Positions 39,363 to 47,757 of a stretch of 64,000 bases of DNA are shown one piece after another. Source of the stretch: a virus (lineage: Duplodnaviria > Caudoviricetes); IMG/VR virus record IMGVR_UViG_2671180089_000001, positions 32,001 through 96,000 of that record; one strand, given 5' to 3'. The notes beneath the pieces are model-generated. The model searched no databases. It saw nothing but the letters and a program-made list of their open reading frames with translations, and was not told where the DNA came from. Every line of letters begins with the position of its first letter. The first letter of the stretch is position 1. Position numbers and translations under genes: made by a program.

Positions 39363-39751
39363 AGCTCGACCCCGTAGACCTTGATGAGGCCGGTGGTCAG
39401 CCGGACGTAGTCGCCGATGGAAGGGCGCTTCTCGAGGAATCCCTCGTGCTGCTCGACCAGGAGGATCGCGTAGGTCTGCCGGATCGCGGCGAGGAACTTC
39501 CGCGGGAGGGTCGGGCGTCGGAACAGGGCGGTGACGACCTCGGCGACGCCGGCGTCGCCGTCGGCCGATTCGATGACTTCGCCGAGGAGTTCGACCAGGC
39601 CGAGCTCGTCCGACAGGATCGGATCGAGGGCCTCGGCGGGCAGTTCCGCCGGGAAGATGAACTGCTCTCCGCCGAACTTGACCGGGATGCCGTCGGGGTA
39701 CAGAACCTCGCGGCGCTCGGCGTCCAGGTCGATGACGAACGACGTGTCCAT
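39221..39751 (-). CDS. tail assembly chaperone gpG-like
   Basis: Lies between major tail and tape measure genes; contains G GGA AAG. Confidence 0.85.
   Translation of the reverse strand: MDTSFVIDLDAERREVLYPDGIPVKFGGEQFIFPAELPAEALDPILSDELGLVELLGEVIESADGDAGVAEVVTALFRRPTLPRKFLAAIRQTYAILLVEQHEGFLEKRPSIGDYVRLTTGLIKVYGVELGKLFRSADSSANDSQTSSPTSPASTESTPDVSGFVPDNPDSLDSGD
39356..39362 (-). other. programmed -1 frameshift slippery site GGGAAAG
   Basis: CTG GGA AAG in frame; the same heptamer as lambda G/GT. Confidence 0.88.
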
Positions 39752-39806
39752 GTGCGTGACCTCTTCGTGGGTGCGTAGCTGGGTTGCCGGGTGTGGCAGC
39801 GCGCGG

Positions 39807-39835
39807 ACAGTGGCAGCGCTGCACGGCTTGTGTCG
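39807..39835 (-). promoter_or_regulatory. late promoter motif
   Basis: CGACACAA-N15-CACTGT. Confidence 0.7.
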
Positions 39836-39890
39836 CGCCGTGCGGCCGCCCCCGCCTGAGCAGGGCGAAGAGGGCGGCCGCAGGGCTGGG

Positions 39891-40724
39891 TCACGCGTAG
39901 GTGAAACCGCCGGTCTTGGTGACGTCGCCACCCGCGGAGACGACGACGACGTCCTTCGCACCGGTCGTACCGACCGGGGAGATCACGGACAGCTCGGTGT
40001 CGTTCTTGAGGATCAGACCGGTGCCGGCCGTGGTGCCGAACTTCACGGCGGTCACGCTGCCGAGGTCGGTACCGGTGATCGTCACGGCGGTGCCGCCGGC
40101 GATCGGGCCGCCCGAGGGCGAGATGGTGGCGATCGTCGGCTCCGGAGGCTGGAACGCCGGGTCGTCGGTCAGGACGTACCAGGCATCGGTGTCGTCGCCA
40201 CCCTGGACGGCCAGGCGTAGCGGCAGGACGCTCTCCTTGGTCTTGGCGAGCTCCTTGGAAACGCCTTCCATCTGCATCGTGCGAGGAATGACGTAGCGGT
40301 AGTGCTTGCCACCGTCGATCACCTCGATGCACCCGGCGATCTCCGTGCGGCCGCCGATCCGGGGCGGAGCGAATCGGTAATGCTTCCCGCCTCCTGCGGC
40401 CGGGGTAACGGCCGTGATGCTGCCGCCGCCGTACACCGCCTTGAAGTTGCGGACGGACCACTGCTGCAGGTCCACCTCGACGGTTGCCGCGTCGGTCGTC
40501 TGGAACGTCCGGGTCGGGTACGAGGACTGGGCGCTGCGGACCTGCTCGAAGTTCGGCTCGGAGTTGAATTTGAGGCTGTCCTCAGTGAACAAGCCGACCG
40601 TGTACCAGCCTTCGGGCATGGCCACGGTGGCGTCGGCCGGGGCGACGGTCCCGACGGGAGCCAGCCACATGCGGCTGAGCTGAGGGATGAGAATCTCGTT
40701 GTTGTTCGTGGTCTCGCCAGCCAT
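39891..40724 (-). CDS. major tail protein with C-terminal IPT/TIG Ig-like domain
   Basis: WLAPVGT..P, VGLFTED; PTIATISPSGGPIAGGTAVTITG...GFTYA. Confidence 0.88.
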   Translation of the reverse strand: MAGETTNNNEILIPQLSRMWLAPVGTVAPADATVAMPEGWYTVGLFTEDSLKFNSEPNFEQVRSAQSSYPTRTFQTTDAATVEVDLQQWSVRNFKAVYGGGSITAVTPAAGGGKHYRFAPPRIGGRTEIAGCIEVIDGGKHYRYVIPRTMQMEGVSKELAKTKESVLPLRLAVQGGDDTDAWYVLTDDPAFQPPEPTIATISPSGGPIAGGTAVTITGTDLGSVTAVKFGTTAGTGLILKNDTELSVISPVGTTGAKDVVVVSAGGDVTKTGGFTYA

Positions 40725-40763
40725 GGCGGGCTTCTCCTTGGTGTCCGGTGGTGGGGCGCGGAC

Positions 40764-40792
40764 ACCTTGGAGAGCCGAAGTGGTTAACGTCG
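40764..40792 (-). promoter_or_regulatory. late promoter motif (major tail)
   Basis: CGACGTTA-N15-CAAGGT. Confidence 0.7.
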
Positions 40793-40797
40793 CGTCG

Positions 40798-41223
40798 TCA
40801 CGGATGCACGGTGACGGAGAGGTTCATGACCCACCTGGGTTGGCCATCGACGAGGGGCGACCACACGAGTAGCCCGGACGGCTTGATGCCGCTGAGGACC
40901 GGCTGGCCGGGGACGTGGGGCGCCTCCCCGAGCTGCTGGGCGGCCTGGGCGCAGCGCAGCAGGATCTTCCGCAGCTCGGCCTTGCCCGGCCATCCGCCGG
41001 GGTCGCCGTACGCCTCGAGCGTCACCTCCGGGGAGATCGCCCAGTTCATGTCCCGCAGGTCCCCGCCGGGGCCGTGGTCGATGCGCAGGTGCGGCCAGGG
41101 AGCCTCTGCGATCCCGGATACCCGGCCGGGGCCGCCGAGCGCGTCGGCGACCTCCGGGTGTTCCAGCAGCCAGACACGGAGCGCGGAGACCGGATCCGCG
41201 TCCGCCACGGTGGGCTCGCTCAT
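40798..41223 (-). CDS. tail terminator-like protein
   Basis: Size and position directly upstream of the major tail gene. Confidence 0.6.
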   Translation of the reverse strand: MSEPTVADADPVSALRVWLLEHPEVADALGGPGRVSGIAEAPWPHLRIDHGPGGDLRDMNWAISPEVTLEAYGDPGGWPGKAELRKILLRCAQAAQQLGEAPHVPGQPVLSGIKPSGLLVWSPLVDGQPRWVMNLSVTVHP

Positions 41224-41504
41224 CAGGCCGGGGTGGCGTAGCCCTGGCCACGCAGCCGGCGGGCGTAGTCCGGGGAGACGAGGAGCTTGGCGCCCGGCGG
41301 GTAGTTCGTGCCGTCGATGGTGTGGTGGTGGGCCAAGATGACCGCGACCGGGTCGACTCCCACGGGCAGGGCGGGGCCGACGACGTCCGGGGCGGGAGCC
41401 GTCTTACGGGCGGGGCGGGCCGGGGCGGTCTCGGTGACGGCCTCGGCGGTTTCCTCCGCCGCGGTGTCTGCGGCGGGCTTCTTGGTGGTGGGGTTCGTAG
41501 CCAT
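41223..41504 (-). CDS. small virion-associated hypothetical protein
   Basis: ATG 7 nt after the promoter -10; YPPGAKL.V....ARRL...GYA. Confidence 0.7.
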   Translation of the reverse strand: MATNPTTKKPAADTAAEETAEAVTETAPARPARKTAPAPDVVGPALPVGVDPVAVILAHHHTIDGTNYPPGAKLLVSPDYARRLRGQGYATPA

Positions 41505-41511
41505 GCCGCGC

Positions 41512-41540
41512 ACTGTGCGCGCCGAACGCGGCTTGTGTCG
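41512..41540 (-). promoter_or_regulatory. late promoter motif (leaderless)
   Basis: CGACACAA-N15-CACAGT-N7-ATG. Confidence 0.75.
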
Positions 41541-41545
41541 CGCCG

Positions 41546-42082
41546 TCAGCGCCGCGCGGCGACGATACCGGCCGCGCGGGACATGAAGTGTGTGCCGTCG
41601 GCCCGCAGATTGCCCGGGTAGACGGTGCCCACCTCGGCCTCGACGACCATGGGTGCCTGGACGGAGACGGTGACGGTGACCCGCTTCCCGGCGATGACCG
41701 GCTGTCCGGTGTTGATGTGTCGGGCGATGCCTTCCGGGTCCTTGTGCGCGCGGCAGCGGCAGTTCTTGAGGTTGGCGATGGCGCGGGAGCTCCTGTCGAG
41801 CGGCTCGAGCATGTACGTCGTGGGGCCGACGCCGCGGTGCACCATGTCCCAGCGCATGGAGTCGATCGCGAACCGCAGGTTCCCGGGGACCTCTTGCCCG
41901 TTGGCGGAGACGTGCGTCGGGCGGACCTTGTCGTCGCCCATGGTTATCCAGCGCTTGGTGGGCGGGGCCAGGCGCTTCGCCTCGATCTCGACCTGGTGGG
42001 CGATGCGCTGTACCGCGGGGGCGAGCATCCGGGCGAGCTGCTGCTCGAGGCCCTGCGCGGGTGTGAACTTCGCTCCGGCCAT
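41546..42082 (-). CDS. neck protein (HK97 gp10-like) with an inserted MuF-like segment
   Basis: EAKRLAP...EVGT...FMSRA frame, containing KRWITMGDDKVRPTH...NCRC. Confidence 0.6.
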   Translation of the reverse strand: MAGAKFTPAQGLEQQLARMLAPAVQRIAHQVEIEAKRLAPPTKRWITMGDDKVRPTHVSANGQEVPGNLRFAIDSMRWDMVHRGVGPTTYMLEPLDRSSRAIANLKNCRCRAHKDPEGIARHINTGQPVIAGKRVTVTVSVQAPMVVEAEVGTVYPGNLRADGTHFMSRAAGIVAARR

Positions 42083-42414
42083 CACGCCACCTCGGGCGGG
42101 TTGAGCGTGCCGACGGCCTGAACGTAGTCGACATCCGGGCAGCCGGGGACGGTGTGGTTGCGGGTGCTCGACAGGGTCCAGGACCGGCCGGTCTCATCGG
42201 AGATGGTGTCGCCGTCCTTGACCGGCCAGGCCTGCGGGTCGAGCCGTACCGACCACGATCCGTCGGGCTGCTCGAGGACCGATCCGGGCCAGGTGCCGCG
42301 CGGGGCCGGCTTCTGGTTCGGGTTCGGTGGGACGGGAACGCCGTTGGCGTCGCGCGCCCAGGGGTGGGCGAGCGCGTACGCCGTGAGCAGCGCGTTCGGC
42401 AGCACGACGGCCAT
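42082..42414 (-). CDS. head-closure / stopper-like protein
   Basis: 110 aa, beta-rich, in the neck position. Confidence 0.6.
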   Translation of the reverse strand: MAVVLPNALLTAYALAHPWARDANGVPVPPNPNQKPAPRGTWPGSVLEQPDGSWSVRLDPQAWPVKDGDTISDETGRSWTLSSTRNHTVPGCPDVDYVQAVGTLNPPEVA

Positions 42415-42432
42415 GGTCGGCAGCTCCCTTCG

Positions 42433-43284
42433 TCAGCGGCCGCGGGCCGAGGAGTACGGCCACGGTGGGCGGGCGGGCCGGGCGAGGGGTTGGAACAGGC
42501 GGCGCTTCCAGCGGGCGAGGCTGGTGAGCTCGGGGAGGGCTCCGGCCTGGCCGGTGGTCGGCGCCGACTCGTAAGAGATCGACTGTCCCTCTGCGCTGAC
42601 GGAGGAGACGCGGCGCCCCTGGGAGCCGACCCCGCCGGGGCGTAGCCGTTCGGACTCGGCGGCGTGTGTGGTCACGTACCGGACGATCGGGTCGACGGCG
42701 GCGCCGTCGAGGCCGACGAGGAAGTCGACGTCGTAGGCGCCATCTGTGCGGACGCGGTAGGTGGAGACCTGGACCAGGTCGTCGACGTCGAACGGCCACA
42801 GGGTGGCGTCCTCGAGCCGGTCGGTCCCGCCGACGTACGGCGTCAGGGCGGTACGGGTGACGAGCTGGGGGACGACGGGCTGGCCCAGGTACCCGACGAC
42901 GTCGGCCTGCGCCTTCCGGATCGCGGTGAGCAGGTCGTCGCGCTGCTCCGCGGTGAGCGGGAGCGGCACGCCGAGTTCCTTGGCGACCGCTTCGGGGGAG
43001 GTGACGAGGCCCAGCCCGAGGGGCAGGTCCAGGCGTACGGACTCGTCCTTGACGGGCTGGGCCCCCTCGCTGGGGGTGAAGGAGACGGTGGCCCAGTAGC
43101 GGCCGGGAGGCACGTCGGGCAGCGTGAACCGGTAGACGCCGGCGCGCAGCCGGGTAGCCGGACCGGCGGCCGCCACGCTGGTGGTGCGGTCCGGACCGTC
43201 GTACAGGGACACGCTGGTGACCTGTCCGCCTGCCGGTTCGGGGTCGTAGTGCGCCCCGCCGTACATGGGCCTGTAGTCGAACAC
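42433..43284 (-). CDS. head-tail adaptor-like protein with N-terminal Ig-like domain
   Basis: AIRKAQADVVGYL, VSSVSAEGQSISY; AAGGAG RBS. Confidence 0.65.
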   Translation of the reverse strand: MFDYRPMYGGAHYDPEPAGGQVTSVSLYDGPDRTTSVAAAGPATRLRAGVYRFTLPDVPPGRYWATVSFTPSEGAQPVKDESVRLDLPLGLGLVTSPEAVAKELGVPLPLTAEQRDDLLTAIRKAQADVVGYLGQPVVPQLVTRTALTPYVGGTDRLEDATLWPFDVDDLVQVSTYRVRTDGAYDVDFLVGLDGAAVDPIVRYVTTHAAESERLRPGGVGSQGRRVSSVSAEGQSISYESAPTTGQAGALPELTSLARWKRRLFQPLARPARPPWPYSSARGR

Positions 43285-43295
43285 CCCGCGGCTCC

Positions 43296-43844
43296 TTACT
43301 TCTCGGCCTGGGCGGCGAGCCGTGCGGCCTGGTCCTGCAGTCGCTCCCTGATGCGCGCGGCGACGCTCTCGGAGACGTGAGCACCCGCGGGCTGCAGGAG
43401 GCGGTGGACGGGGTTGCGGTGCGGCCCGAGGAACGTCTTCTCGACCAGGCGGACGGTGCACACGAGGACGGAGCCGTACTCGGTGAGCGGGACGAACACG
43501 GAGTCGACGTCGGCCGGCGGCTCCTTGGTGGTGTCGTCGATGATGACCTCGGCGAGGTTCTCCTCGTCGGGGATGACCTCGGTGGGCGTGGCGTAGACAG
43601 GGGCCGCGGGCGCCTCCGGGGCCTCTTGGACGGCCGGGGGCTCGAGCGGCGCGGCTTCGGGTGCCTTCGCGGCACTGTCGGCCGGGGCCGTCTCCGACTC
43701 CTCGACGGTCGCCGCGGTGGCGGCCTCAGTAGCGGATTCGTCCGCCGCCGCGGTGCTGGCCGACTCCGCGGCCTCGGTGGTCGCGTCGGAGGCCTCTGCG
43801 GTCTTCGCGGCCGCGGTCTTACGGGTACGGGTGGTGCCTGCCAT
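43296..43844 (-). CDS. hypothetical protein (Ala/Glu/Pro-rich N-terminus)
   Basis: GAGGGAG RBS before ATG 43844. Confidence 0.75.
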   Translation of the reverse strand: MAGTTRTRKTAAAKTAEASDATTEAAESASTAAADESATEAATAATVEESETAPADSAAKAPEAAPLEPPAVQEAPEAPAAPVYATPTEVIPDEENLAEVIIDDTTKEPPADVDSVFVPLTEYGSVLVCTVRLVEKTFLGPHRNPVHRLLQPAGAHVSESVAARIRERLQDQAARLAAQAEK

Positions 43845-43884
43845 GGGTGGCTCCCTCTCGGGGGTTCGTGTCCGGACGGCGCGC

Positions 43885-43913
43885 ACCATGCACACCCGGC
43901 GCCGCTTGTGTCG
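43885..43913 (-). promoter_or_regulatory. late promoter motif
   Basis: CGACACAA-N15-CATGGT. Confidence 0.7.
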
Positions 43914-43986
43914 CGCCCTGCCTCGACCTGGCGGAGCGTGACCCGGGCGGCCCTCAAGCGGTGCGGAGGGACGCCCGGGTCAGGGG

Positions 43987-44448
43987 TCAGGCGTAGGTGA
44001 AGCCGTTGGACTTGGTGACGTTGCCGGTGTCGGCCGCGACGACCACGTTGACGGCCCCCGCGGCGCCCGCCGGGGCCTTCACGCGCAGCTCCGTGTCGGA
44101 GACGCGCTTGAGCTCGGTGCCCGGGGTGGCGCCGAAGTTGACCGCGGTGACGCCGGCGAGGCGAGTGCCCTTGATCGTGACGGTGGTCCCGCCCGCGGCC
44201 GGGCCGGTGGTCGGGCTCACGGTCGCTACGGTCGCTACCGGGGCGTAAAGGCGGTCGATCTCGGACTGGGGGACGATGGTTCCGGCCTGGTAGAGCAGGT
44301 GGAACCGAGAGCCTTCGGCGCGCCCGTCGCCGGGCCCGTACGCCTTGGACTCGTACACGTCCTCGGTGATCCGCATGGGGACGTCCGGGACGGCGGACGC
44401 GGGGAACGCCGACTTCTTGATCAGCGTCCCGTCTTCCTTGTGCAGCAT
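43987..44448 (-). CDS. IPT/TIG Ig-like domain virion protein (possible decoration protein)
   Basis: VSPTTGPAAGGTTVTIKG...GFTYA. Confidence 0.8.
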   Translation of the reverse strand: MLHKEDGTLIKKSAFPASAVPDVPMRITEDVYESKAYGPGDGRAEGSRFHLLYQAGTIVPQSEIDRLYAPVATVATVSPTTGPAAGGTTVTIKGTRLAGVTAVNFGATPGTELKRVSDTELRVKAPAGAAGAVNVVVAADTGNVTKSNGFTYA

Positions 44449-44483
44449 GGGGTTGTTCCCTTCTGGGGTCGGTGGCGCGGCGA

Positions 44484-44512
44484 AGGATGGGGCACGGGGG
44501 CGCCTTGGGTCG
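44484..44512 (-). promoter_or_regulatory. late promoter motif
   Basis: CGACCCAA-N15-CATCCT. Confidence 0.65.
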
Positions 44513-44536
44513 CGTGCTACCGGGGGAAGAGGGGAG

Positions 44537-44563
44537 TTGCCCAATTGGGCAAGAATGATCTTG
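44537..44563 (+). repeat. palindromic motif, copy 2 (candidate parS)
   Basis: ttgcccaattgggcaagaatgatcttg, 27 bp identical to copy 1. Confidence 0.75.
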
Positions 44564-44591
44564 ATGGGGCGGGACTTCCCATGTGGATCAC

Positions 44592-46058
44592 CTAGTCGCG
44601 TCGTATCCGCTGCTCGCACAGCTCCGCGTACTCGGCCTTGGCCTCCACGCCGATGGATTCGCAGCCCTCAAGCCGCGCCGCCTCCAGCGTCGTGCCGGTG
44701 CCGGCGAACGGGTCCAGGACGAGCCCGCCGGGCGCGGTGAGCAGCCGGACCAGCCACCGCATCAGCGCGATCGGCTTCACCGTCGGGTGCGTGGTGCCGT
44801 CCGGCAGACGCGGCCGCTCGCTGGCCGGGGCCTTGGCCTGGTAGCGGAACGCCGGGTAGAACCGGGACGCGCCGCCGGAGTCCGCGCCCCGGACCGGCTT
44901 GCACGCAGCCTGACCCTTGAAGTCGCCGTAGACGTTGCGGAACTTGTCGGCGTTGCGGCGCCGCGGGTTCGCCCCGGAGGTGAGCCGCCCCGACTGACCG
45001 TCCAGCTCGGCGACCGGGCATCCCTCCGCGCAGCCGTCCGCGCAGCCGTCGACGATCCATCCTGCCTCGTCGACGGCCCATGCGTGGGACAGCAGGACGT
45101 TGGTCGGCCAACGCCCCTCCGGGTCGCCGAGCGGGGTCTTGCACGCGGCGGTGTTCATCGCACCGGTGCCGTACGCCAGGACGTTGGAGGCGACCGTACC
45201 TTCGAGGGGCTTCCGCGCCAGGACGATGGGCTCGTGGCCGGGCTTGAGGGCGGTGTTCCAGCCCTCCCAGCGCGCGGCCTCGGCGGTCGCCGGCGTCGTC
45301 ACGTCGAACGTGTCGGACTGGAGCTGTGGGAACACCCCGGAGCCGGCGCGGGTCCGGCGCGCCGTGCCGATGACCTTCCGCTCCTCCCACGCCTCGCCGG
45401 GCGCGTTTTTCCGCCCGTTCAGCTCGTGCACCAGGTCATCGAGCGCGGCCGGGGCCTCGAACCCCATCTCCGCCTTCAGCTGCTCCCACTGCTCCACGGT
45501 CGGCACCGCGGCGGACTGGCGCTGTGTCGTCCAGTGCTGCGCCATGCCGTTGAAGCCGAACAGGGCGTCGATCTGCGGATTCGTCCAGCCAACGGAGTCA
45601 CGGAGCGCCGCGAACTCGGTGGTGAACCGGCGGCGCGCCGGGTGATCGTCGCGGCGTCGGTCGATCAGCTTTCCCACGTCCTGGCCCTTGGGGAAACCGG
45701 TGCCGTACATCCAGTGCAGGGAGTCACGGATCTCGAATCCGGCGTCCTCCACGGCCACGGCCATGCGGTGGTAGGTGCGGGTCGCGCCGAACGCAGCCAG
45801 GTGCCCGCCCGGCTTGAGGACGCGCAGGCACTCCGCCCACAACTCCACGCTGTACGCGATGCCGGAGGAGTCCCACGCCTTACCGAGGAAGCCCAGTTCG
45901 TACGGCGGATCGGTCACGATGACATCCACGGACGAGTCAGGGAGGGTGGGGAGAAAATCGAGGGCATCGGCGCAGTAGACAACGGGCTCAGGGCCCGTCG
46001 TCTCCTCCGCACGGATCGGGGCCTCTCGCCCAGCCGGAGCGAGCTTTGTTGCAACCAC
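44592..46058 (-). CDS. DNA methyltransferase (N4/N6, beta class) with internal XRE-like insertion
   Basis: VTDPPY near the N-terminus; HPTVKP and VLDPFAGTGTT near the C-terminus. Confidence 0.92.
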   Translation of the reverse strand: MVATKLAPAGREAPIRAEETTGPEPVVYCADALDFLPTLPDSSVDVIVTDPPYELGFLGKAWDSSGIAYSVELWAECLRVLKPGGHLAAFGATRTYHRMAVAVEDAGFEIRDSLHWMYGTGFPKGQDVGKLIDRRRDDHPARRRFTTEFAALRDSVGWTNPQIDALFGFNGMAQHWTTQRQSAAVPTVEQWEQLKAEMGFEAPAALDDLVHELNGRKNAPGEAWEERKVIGTARRTRAGSGVFPQLQSDTFDVTTPATAEAARWEGWNTALKPGHEPIVLARKPLEGTVASNVLAYGTGAMNTAACKTPLGDPEGRWPTNVLLSHAWAVDEAGWIVDGCADGCAEGCPVAELDGQSGRLTSGANPRRRNADKFRNVYGDFKGQAACKPVRGADSGGASRFYPAFRYQAKAPASERPRLPDGTTHPTVKPIALMRWLVRLLTAPGGLVLDPFAGTGTTLEAARLEGCESIGVEAKAEYAELCEQRIRRD

Positions 46059-46130
46059 GGGTACGTCCGTTCTGCCCCACGCGCCGGGCCCCCGGCTGGC
46101 GGCCTGCTGAAGACGGTGAGGCGTGCGGGG

Positions 46131-46159
46131 ATGTTGTGAAACTAGTTCCGCTTGCGTCG
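46131..46159 (-). promoter_or_regulatory. late promoter motif (methyltransferase)
   Basis: CGACGCAA-N15-CAACAT. Confidence 0.7.
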
Positions 46160-46162
46160 CGC

Positions 46163-47407
46163 TCAGAGGATCCGCAGGTCGTCCCAGCCGTCCGGGCCGA
46201 CGCTGAACACCATCAGGCCCGAGGAGGAGACCTCGCCGGAGCGGACGGCGTACCAGTCGCTGCCGTTGTCCAGGGTCGGGGCCTGGACCCAGAGCCTGCC
46301 GTTGCCCATCTGCTGCGCTCGGAAGTGGTGAAAGTGGCCTGTGATGAGAATGTCGGCGTCGGCCACGGGCTGCCGGCCGAACGTCTGCCCTCGCCACCAG
46401 TCGCCGGCCTTGTCGGGGCGTGCGTACTGGTGCCCATGGGCCAGGCCCACGATCTTCCCGGCGACGTCGAGCGACACGGTGTCTCGCCACCGCTCCGGCA
46501 TGACGAAACTGACGTGTCCGTACGCGTCCTCGTTGCGGGCGTAGGCGTCGGCGATCTGGGACATGACCTCAATGCCCCAGTCGTCGACGGGCGGCCCGAC
46601 GGCGTCCTTCCCGCGGCGTACGCGGCCGTGGTTGCTGCCGCAGGTCGCTGCGACGACGCGGCCGAACTTCCCGGCGAGGCGGTCGAGGCCCTCGAAGGTG
46701 ATGCGCCGGTGGACGCGGACCATCTCGGTCAGGGTCAGGTCGTTGGTGAACGCCTGCTGCGTCGTGTTCTCGAAGCCCTCGACGCAGTCTCCGGCGTCGG
46801 CCCAGTAGGCGACGGACGGAGCCCTGCCGACGGCCTTGAGGTCGCGGATGTGGTCGTCGAGCCGGTCGAATCGGTCGGCGACCCGGGCGATGAGCTCAGG
46901 GGTGCCGCCGTCGCGGCCCACCTTTCCGGCCTGGGCGTCGGCATAGACCACGATCAGGGCGCGCTCCGCGGTGTCCACGGCTGCGCGGGGCTTGCGACGG
47001 CGGCGCATCGTGTCGCGGACGAGCGCGTCAAGGTCGCCCGCCGACTGCCACGCGGGGGCAGCCGGCTCGATGACGTACCGGCAGCGCCATACCGCGCGGG
47101 TGACGGCGTCGTCGCCCTGGTTGTCGCGGTGCCAGGCAGCCGGGTCGTGCTTCGCCTCGACCAGGCGGACGCGGAAGCCCTCGGGGATGGCGAGCCCCAT
47201 CTCCTCGACGCGCTCGCGCCAGTCGGCCTCTCCCGCGGGCGGCTTGTCGGCGGGCGGGGCGGTGACGACCATCGTCCCGCCCTCGTAGCGGACGCCGGAC
47301 TCCCAGCCGCGGGGCGCGGCCGGGTAGACGCGCTCCGTCTGGGGGGCCTGACTCTGGCCGTGGGGCACAGGCTCGAGGAGCGCCTGCAGCTCGTTGTTCA
47401 GGGTCAT
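46163..47407 (-). CDS. calcineurin-like metallophosphoesterase
   Basis: ADAQAGK, GDCVEG, SNHG, AHGHQ, GHFHH. Confidence 0.85.
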   Translation of the reverse strand: MTLNNELQALLEPVPHGQSQAPQTERVYPAAPRGWESGVRYEGGTMVVTAPPADKPPAGEADWRERVEEMGLAIPEGFRVRLVEAKHDPAAWHRDNQGDDAVTRAVWRCRYVIEPAAPAWQSAGDLDALVRDTMRRRRKPRAAVDTAERALIVVYADAQAGKVGRDGGTPELIARVADRFDRLDDHIRDLKAVGRAPSVAYWADAGDCVEGFENTTQQAFTNDLTLTEMVRVHRRITFEGLDRLAGKFGRVVAATCGSNHGRVRRGKDAVGPPVDDWGIEVMSQIADAYARNEDAYGHVSFVMPERWRDTVSLDVAGKIVGLAHGHQYARPDKAGDWWRGQTFGRQPVADADILITGHFHHFRAQQMGNGRLWVQAPTLDNGSDWYAVRSGEVSSSGLMVFSVGPDGWDDLRIL

Positions 47408-47679
47408 CACTCGCACCGGCATCCGTTCGGCTTCCCGCGGCGCCTGTGCCGGTTGACCGTGTAGGCCGTCACGGGGTCGCCGTAGCGGCTGAGCGTCTCG
47501 GCGATGGCCGTGGCGGAGACGCTGGTCGTGTCCAGCACTGCGCGCAGCGATGCGGCAACGTCGGCGTCTGCTGCTTCCAGGAGGGCACCGACGCTGCAGC
47601 GGGGGCCCCGGTGAGCGGCGGGGGCGCCCGTGAGGGCCTCCAGCTCCTGGGCGAGGCCAATGGGTTGTTTCTCGATCAC
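47407..47679 (-). CDS. small hypothetical protein (HTH / Cys-His)
   Basis: GGAGG RBS; C...VNRHRRR....CRC; stop overlaps the next start. Confidence 0.7.
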   Translation of the reverse strand: MIEKQPIGLAQELEALTGAPAAHRGPRCSVGALLEAADADVAASLRAVLDTTSVSATAIAETLSRYGDPVTAYTVNRHRRRGKPNGCRCE

Positions 47680-47757
47680 CAGCGTCCTCCGTCGTCCTGT
47701 GGTGGTACGTGGGAGGGGGCGCACCCGTGCGGGTGCACCCCCTCACTGCGGCACGGA

